Under the pieces are notes generated by a model, which was not told the DNA's origin, searched no databases, and worked only from the letters and a program-made list of their open reading frames with translations. Made by a program: the position numbers and the translations under genes. A stretch of DNA of 64,000 nucleotides, taken from NCBI GenBank assembly GCA_021810145.1, contig JAJZJL010000005.1, positions 4,667-68,666 on the forward strand, given 5' to 3'. The stretch comes from Planctomycetota bacterium. Its GTDB lineage: Bacteria > Planctomycetota > Phycisphaerae > WQYP01. Shown here piece by piece: positions 58,700 through 64,000 of the stretch. The stretch's first letter is position 1. The number at the start of each line of letters is the position of its first letter.

Positions 58700-59629
58700 A
58701 TGATGCGGGTTATTCGAGCTTCAGCCATGGGCGTATGCTTTGGAGTACGCGATGCGTTAAAAATCACCGAGGTTGTTGAGCAGCCGGTGCAGGTAACCGT
58801 TTATGGTGAACTGGTGCATAATCCACTGGTGCGGCAACATTTGCGCATGCGGGGATTCAAGCAGACCGCCGAGGGCCAACGGCGAAATGAAATTCCCGAC
58901 ACGCCTCAGGTGCTGATTACCGCACATGGCATCAGCCAGCGGAGAAAGGCTGAACTGGTTCGGGCTGGTAAACAACTTGTGGATACAACCTGCCCGCTGG
59001 TAAACAAAGCGCATGGGGCGGCCATTCGCCTGCGCGATCAGGGCTACCATGTGCTGCTGATCGGTCGCCCCGGCCACGTGGAAGTTCAGGGCATTACTGA
59101 AGATTTAGACAGCTTCGATGTGTTACCCGATGCGAACGCGGTGCAGACTTACGACAGCAAGCGCCTGGGCATTATCTGTCAAACGACAACGCCCGCATCG
59201 CTGGCACAGCAGATCAGGGCGGCGGTTGCACAAAAAAATCAGCACGCGGAAATTAAATATATTGACACAATCTGCCAACCTACCAAAGATCGGCAGGCGG
59301 CGGTCGAAGAATTGCTGGATCATGTTCAAACAGTCGTGGTGGTCGGGGGAGAAAACTCAAATAACACGCGACAACTTGTGCAACACTGCCACGAACGCGG
59401 TGCCACGGCCTATCATGTGCAGTGCGCGGATGAGTTGGATCCACAATGGTTTGAAGGCGTTGAAGCCGTGGGTCTTACCGCCGGTACCAGCACCTTGCCG
59501 GAGACCATTGAGGACGTTTACAGCCGGCTGATCGCCATCGGGGCTTCCATCGGCACGGCTCAAAAAAAGCAAGATTGGAAGCCTTTCAAAAGCACACTGC
59601 GCGTTCACGGCCACTTTGACGCAGCATAA
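58700..59629 (+). CDS. ispH: 4-hydroxy-3-methylbut-2-enyl diphosphate reductase
   Basis: GVCFGV, LVHN, TAHG, DTTCPLV, GH.EV.G, QTT, DTIC.PT..RQ, SNNT, GLTAGTST. Confidence 0.95.
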   Translation: MMRVIRASAMGVCFGVRDALKITEVVEQPVQVTVYGELVHNPLVRQHLRMRGFKQTAEGQRRNEIPDTPQVLITAHGISQRRKAELVRAGKQLVDTTCPLVNKAHGAAIRLRDQGYHVLLIGRPGHVEVQGITEDLDSFDVLPDANAVQTYDSKRLGIICQTTTPASLAQQIRAAVAQKNQHAEIKYIDTICQPTKDRQAAVEELLDHVQTVVVVGGENSNNTRQLVQHCHERGATAYHVQCADELDPQWFEGVEAVGLTAGTSTLPETIEDVYSRLIAIGASIGTAQKKQDWKPFKSTLRVHGHFDAA

Positions 59630-59730
59630 GTGCGTCGCTGCGCACAGAAGCGTGCACGGCTCGCGCAGAGCTAAACCCGCGGCGATAGTAGTCGCCGGCG
59701 AAACCGATCGGAGCCGATACGCCAATGGTG

Positions 59731-60222
59731 CTAGAGGCCAGATAGCTCTGGTGAGGGATCCAGGCAAACCAGAAAGTGCCCACGGTGCTGCCCACTCACG
59801 ACGGCGGCGGGCGTGTCCGCCCGTCGCCGTGTTGCCCAGTCTCTACGACTCCTCTTGCTGCACTCCCAGCAACTCCAAATTCCCTGCATCCCTGTCCCCA
59901 TTCCCGTGATTGCAACGACGTGGCTGCCGCCGGCAGGTTTTCCATTTGTAGCGTCGTACCAGGAAAAGAACCTGTCCACGTCTTCGCCGGAAGCGAGCTG
60001 TTGATAAATCAGATCAGCGGTGAGCGGAGCGTTGCACGCCCCCCCGAGCCACAGTTCATGTGCTTGCCAGTTTAGCAACGCAACATTGGAAAACGGATCG
60101 GTCCCGTTAATGTTCGCCTCCGCCGATTGTTGCGCGGCGGCGGCAATGTAAGTCAAACCCAGTGTGCCCGCGATCTGCAAGCTATCACCAGCTTGTGAGT
60201 TTGACCAACACATACATGTCAC
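59731..60222 (-). pseudogene. Possible degraded gene fragment (papain-like peptidase-like motif)
   Basis: LIYQQLASGEDV...GGSHVVAITG reads like real protein, but the flanking translation does not; no clear start or SD. Confidence 0.3.
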
Positions 60223-60762
60223 TCCGTAAAAGAAGCCAAATCACCGGTGACGCCATATGATCTCTTCGTCTGGATCATCAGAAAGCCTGCGCCACCATGC
60301 TTTTATACTCGCAGCATGTTTCCTGATTCGGCAAATGCGCCTGGACTCTATCGAACCGTATGGCCAACAACAGCGCATAAAAAAATCTTTCCCGCGTCCA
60401 TGCACGAAAAAGACAACCCGCAATGGCCCATCCCTGCGGCCAGTCGGACAGCTATTTAATTTTCTGCAGCTACACAATTGGGTCTTCGTAGTAGTTGAAC
60501 TTGTGCTCGCTCGAAGACCAAGCCTTTCTGATGTTGAACTCCCTCAGAAAAGCCAAGTATCTATATACATTGGCTCCGATAAGATGTCAAGCAAAATCAC
60601 ATTTTTCGCGGTTTTATCGGTCTGCGAATATTACTTAACTCATTTATGTGGCGCGGTTTACATCTTAATTTCTGCATCTTCGGTGCCGCAAAAGAATAAT
60701 GGTGGATTTCGAGATGGCGGCTCCTTTTGTGGCCTGCTCGCGGTGTACTCCGGTGGCAACGG

Positions 60763-61374
60763 CTACGAATTGCTGATCGGGTTTTCCAGCAGCCATCTTG
60801 CCAGGCGTCGTACCGCTTTTCCCCGATGACTGACGCGGGACTTTTCTTCCATGGATAATTCCGCGGTGGTCAGCCCGCGGTCCGGTAGTACAAACAGCGG
60901 ATCGTAGCCAAATCCGTTGTCTCCGCGTGGTTTGTACGCGATCCCGCCGGAAACATAATCCGACACCACCACCAGCGGCTTATCCGGCGATGCCAGGGCC
61001 AGCGCGCAAACGAAGTGAGCGGTGCGCTTTTCAGCTGGGACCTCCTTTAATGCATCCAGAAGTTTGCGATTATTGGCTGCGTCATCACATGGCTCGCCGG
61101 CATAGCGGGCGGAGTAAATTCCCGGCGCTCCATCAAGCGCATCAACACACAACCCGGAATCATCAGCCAGGCTGATGAGTTGACATTGTGCCGCGTAATG
61201 CCGGGCCTTTTTCATGGCGTTTCCACCGAAGGTCGGCTGATCTTCCACTACGTCCGGAATTCCCGGAAAATCTCGCAGCGTGAGTATTTCCAGATCACCT
61301 ACACCGGCGGCGCGCAATTCGGCCTGTATTTCCTTCGCTTTGCCTGCATTGGTTGTGGCAAGAAGTAAACGCAT
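60763..61374 (-). CDS. rdgB: Non-canonical purine NTP pyrophosphatase (RdgB/HAM1)
   Basis: LATTNAGKAKE, ADDSGLCVDALDGAPGIYSARYAG, GFGYDPLF, SHRGKA. Confidence 0.96.
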   Translation of the reverse strand: MRLLLATTNAGKAKEIQAELRAAGVGDLEILTLRDFPGIPDVVEDQPTFGGNAMKKARHYAAQCQLISLADDSGLCVDALDGAPGIYSARYAGEPCDDAANNRKLLDALKEVPAEKRTAHFVCALALASPDKPLVVVSDYVSGGIAYKPRGDNGFGYDPLFVLPDRGLTTAELSMEEKSRVSHRGKAVRRLARWLLENPISNS

Positions 61375-61404
61375 GGTGATCCTTTGAAGAATTTACACCG
61401 GTCA

Positions 61405-61851
61405 TCACACCGGTTTCTCGGTGCATTGTGGTCGAGCGCCGGCGGGCAGACTCGGTGCTTCCACCCCGGCGCGCGGCAGTGTGCCTTCGAGTTCCTGCCG
61501 CCAATGAGCCACATCCCCGGCGGGGCCATAGCAATAGATCATTTTCATTGGTGTTGAGCCGATATTGGTAATCTGATGAAATACGCCGCTGGGAATGTAG
61601 GCGGCCTGACCACTGTGCAGGATACGTTTCTCGCTTCCAAGGCACATTTCCGCTTCGCCTTCCAAAACCAGGTAGACTTCTTCCTGTTGCTGATTATGCC
61701 ATGGCACCTGCCCGCCATCGGGATCAAGTGTGACAAATCCCATGGCAAAGCTTCCGGCGGAAATCGGCGATGCGCCGCCGACGATATTCTGGGTTCTACG
61801 CCGGGCCGGATATCGCCGTCCCGGAATCTGGCTTAAGTCTGCAATAATCAC
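61405..61851 (-). CDS. Cupin-domain protein
   Basis: PWHNQQQEEVYLVLEGE, YIPSGVFHQITN; GGAG SD. Confidence 0.88.
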   Translation of the reverse strand: MIIADLSQIPGRRYPARRRTQNIVGGASPISAGSFAMGFVTLDPDGGQVPWHNQQQEEVYLVLEGEAEMCLGSEKRILHSGQAAYIPSGVFHQITNIGSTPMKMIYCYGPAGDVAHWRQELEGTLPRAGVEAPSLPAGARPQCTEKPV

Positions 61852-62448
61852 AAAAACGCTCCTTCAATCTTTGCGCCATTCGCGCATGGTGGATCGTATC
61901 TTATGAATTGCCGCGTGTAAATCGCCGGGGGCAAAATCATTGACCAATGGCCCCGCGGCGGGTTTTGCCAGTTTGCATCATGGAAACTCCCGGCAAACGC
62001 GACACTGTCAATTTGTGCGGCACGGCCATGCATGGCGATGTCCACCGTCAAGACGTTACAAATTGTCCGCTGTTCCCCGCCACGCCGGAATTCGTTGATC
62101 GTTGGTCGTTTCTAACCGTTTTCCCCGTAGCCGCGCCATCCGCGAAATCTGCGGTCCTCTTTCGCCTTCTGAGTAACAGCGACGGCAAGAACTGCGGATG
62201 GCGCGGATATTTTGGATAACGCACGAAGCGTTTCATGCACCTGAAACGCCAAGCGGATACCGCAGTTCACACCATCACTCCAAAAACAGCAATCCAACTC
62301 ACCATTGCAGATACCCTCCGCAGTATCGATGTTAGCCGGTGGATTTATCCACCGTTGAATTGCAGTGGTGCAGCGCTTCTCCGGGGGCCGGGGCATTGCC
62401 TTCGTCGTCCGGTGGCAGCAAGCGTCACATGCTCCTGACTGATGTGTT

Positions 62449-63612
62449 CTAATCCGGCAGTGCGGCCAACAGGCGGCTGATATCATCCGCATTCTGATAG
62501 AAATGCGGTGATGCGCGCAACCGTCCTTCGCGTTCCACAATAATTATTTTTTGCTTCTCCAGACTGCTGATAATCCCGGCATGATTGTGCCGGCGACTTT
62601 GAAAGCTTACGATCCCGCTGGTCTCTTCCGGGCGGCGGCTGGAGACAATCATGTAGCCTTTCTGCTCAAGGCCCTCACAAAGCTGCGCGTTCAGGGCCAG
62701 CACGCGTTGGGTGACTGTTGACATGCCCACTTCCACAAGCAGTCCAATCGACGCGCCAAGCGCCAGCACGCCGGGAATATTATGTGACCCGCATTCAAAT
62801 CTGCGGGCATCGGTGCGCAGCGTGAAATCATATTGGCCATAATCACTGGCATTGATTACATTCATCCAGCCGATCTCAGGCCGCAGCGACAGCAGCAACT
62901 CCCGGCGGCAATAAAAAATCCCCGCGCCTTCGGGTCCCAGCAGCCACTTATGTCCATCCGCGGAAAGAAAATCAATATGCATCGTCCGCACATCCACCGG
63001 CAATACGCCGCAAGCCTGTATGCCGTCAATGCACAGCAGAATTCCCCGGCTGCGGCAGAATTGGCCAATGGCGGCAATATCATGGCGAAAGCCGCTGGCG
63101 TATTCCACGTGCGACAGAGCGATCATGCGGGTGCGCGGCGTTACCGCGTTCAATATGGTCTGGCGATCAATGCGTCCGTCTGTTTCCGGTAACATGATGT
63201 GTTTGACGCCATGCCGGTGTGAAACATCCATCCATGGATATACATTGGATGGATATTCCACCGCTGTGGAAATAATTTCATCGCCGAATTTCCAATCCAG
63301 ACCATTGGCGACAAACGCAATTCCCTCGCTGGTATTTTTTACGAACGCAAGTTCTTCCGGCTGGGCATGAATAAACTGTGCCGCAAGCTTTCGCACCTGT
63401 TCAATTTTGTGATACCAGCGTCCGGACAGGTAAGCATCATCGCGGGCTTCATGCGCGAAACGTTCAATTTCCACCGCGGCGCGGGCGGAAATAGGCGCTA
63501 CGCCGGCATGATTAAAAAACGTCCAGTTACGGGTAATGGGAAATTCCGCCGCCACGTTAAAGCCGGCGGGTAATGAAGGTAATGTTGCCGGACGTTGGGA
63601 ATTCTGATTCAT
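62449..63612 (-). CDS. Class V aminotransferase / cysteine desulfurase-like PLP enzyme
   Basis: FNHAGVAP, EYPSNVYPW, IDGIQACG, DGHKWLLGPEG.G, RFECGS, RASPHFY. Confidence 0.92.
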   Translation of the reverse strand: MNQNSQRPATLPSLPAGFNVAAEFPITRNWTFFNHAGVAPISARAAVEIERFAHEARDDAYLSGRWYHKIEQVRKLAAQFIHAQPEELAFVKNTSEGIAFVANGLDWKFGDEIISTAVEYPSNVYPWMDVSHRHGVKHIMLPETDGRIDRQTILNAVTPRTRMIALSHVEYASGFRHDIAAIGQFCRSRGILLCIDGIQACGVLPVDVRTMHIDFLSADGHKWLLGPEGAGIFYCRRELLLSLRPEIGWMNVINASDYGQYDFTLRTDARRFECGSHNIPGVLALGASIGLLVEVGMSTVTQRVLALNAQLCEGLEQKGYMIVSSRRPEETSGIVSFQSRRHNHAGIISSLEKQKIIIVEREGRLRASPHFYQNADDISRLLAALPD

Positions 63613-63685
63613 TTGCAATGTTCCTCTCTTATTAACACGGCAGTATGACACGCGAATGTAAAATTGGCCAGTACCCGAGCTGGCA

Positions 63686-64000
63686 TCAGCGTGCGGTCGA
63701 AAGGGTCCGTGTTTTTGCCTGTTGTGCGATCGCGTACATCAGAATGTTACATGCCAGCGACTGCGCGGAATTCGGGGCATAGCCGCGGATGGCCCAGGTG
63801 TTTGTTCCCAGAAGGCCGGAGGTTATGTCCTTGGAGGAAAAGATCACCAGCCAGCGGTGATCGCGGCGAATGCCGAATAATTGCGGCGAGGTTCGCGGGT
63901 GGCCAACGTTCGTGCCATACGTACGGTACGTCACCTTGCCGGCGTTAATGCCTCCCGGCATCAGCCCGGTAAATAGGGTGCTGTGGGCAGGAATGGCCTG
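63686..64000 (-). CDS. 3' part of a DUF4159-like protein (runs off the window)
   Basis: Frame is open to the window end (QAIPAHSTLFTG...); VIFSSKDITSGL..IRGY.P...LACNILMY. Confidence 0.65.
   Translation of the reverse strand, partial: QAIPAHSTLFTGLMPGGINAGKVTYRTYGTNVGHPRTSPQLFGIRRDHRWLVIFSSKDITSGLLGTNTWAIRGYAPNSAQSLACNILMYAIAQQAKTRTLSTAR

Noticed and set aside
61852-62448. Small ORFs or structured RNA between the cupin and aminotransferase genes
   Set aside because: No recognisable motif, riboswitch consensus or convincing ORF found by eye.

Overview
Bacterial chromosomal DNA, probably from a planctomycete (Phycisphaerae-like). This is inferred from the DUF1559-type prepilin, PEP-CTERM, PEGA lipoprotein and DUF4159 genes, and from mraZ-rsmH lacking the dcw cluster. 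Left to right: (1) an intergenic patch of short tandem repeats; (2) a divergent type VI secretion-like locus with only membrane-complex and regulatory genes (tagF, tssM, tssL, tssK, FHA-less tagH-like | pseudokinase, tssJ-like, pseudokinase-TM-FGE fusion); (3) envelope genes (GT87, Kdo hydroxylase); (4) an XylR-type-controlled glycan locus (prepilin/DUF1559, PEP-CTERM, one inactive and one active GH5, GH2 beta-mannosidase); (5) a VWA protein and an ABC-ATPase + PD-(D/E)xK-like pair (candidate defence system); (6) C30-type carotenoid genes, tRNA-Gly and aroC; (7) mraZ, rsmH and a LysM protein; (8) amidases, DedA, PAP2, an RND pump, a regulator-ispH unit, rdgB, a cupin and a class V aminotransferase. 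The most striking unexplained signal is the 425-bp mraZ-rsmH spacer. It folds into eight consecutive hairpins, each with a GGA motif in the loop, followed by a GGA-containing intrinsic terminator. This is the architecture of a CsrB/RsmZ-type CsrA-sequestering RNA, a class I know mainly from Gammaproteobacteria. All calls come from reading motifs by eye; no database searches or folding programs were run.
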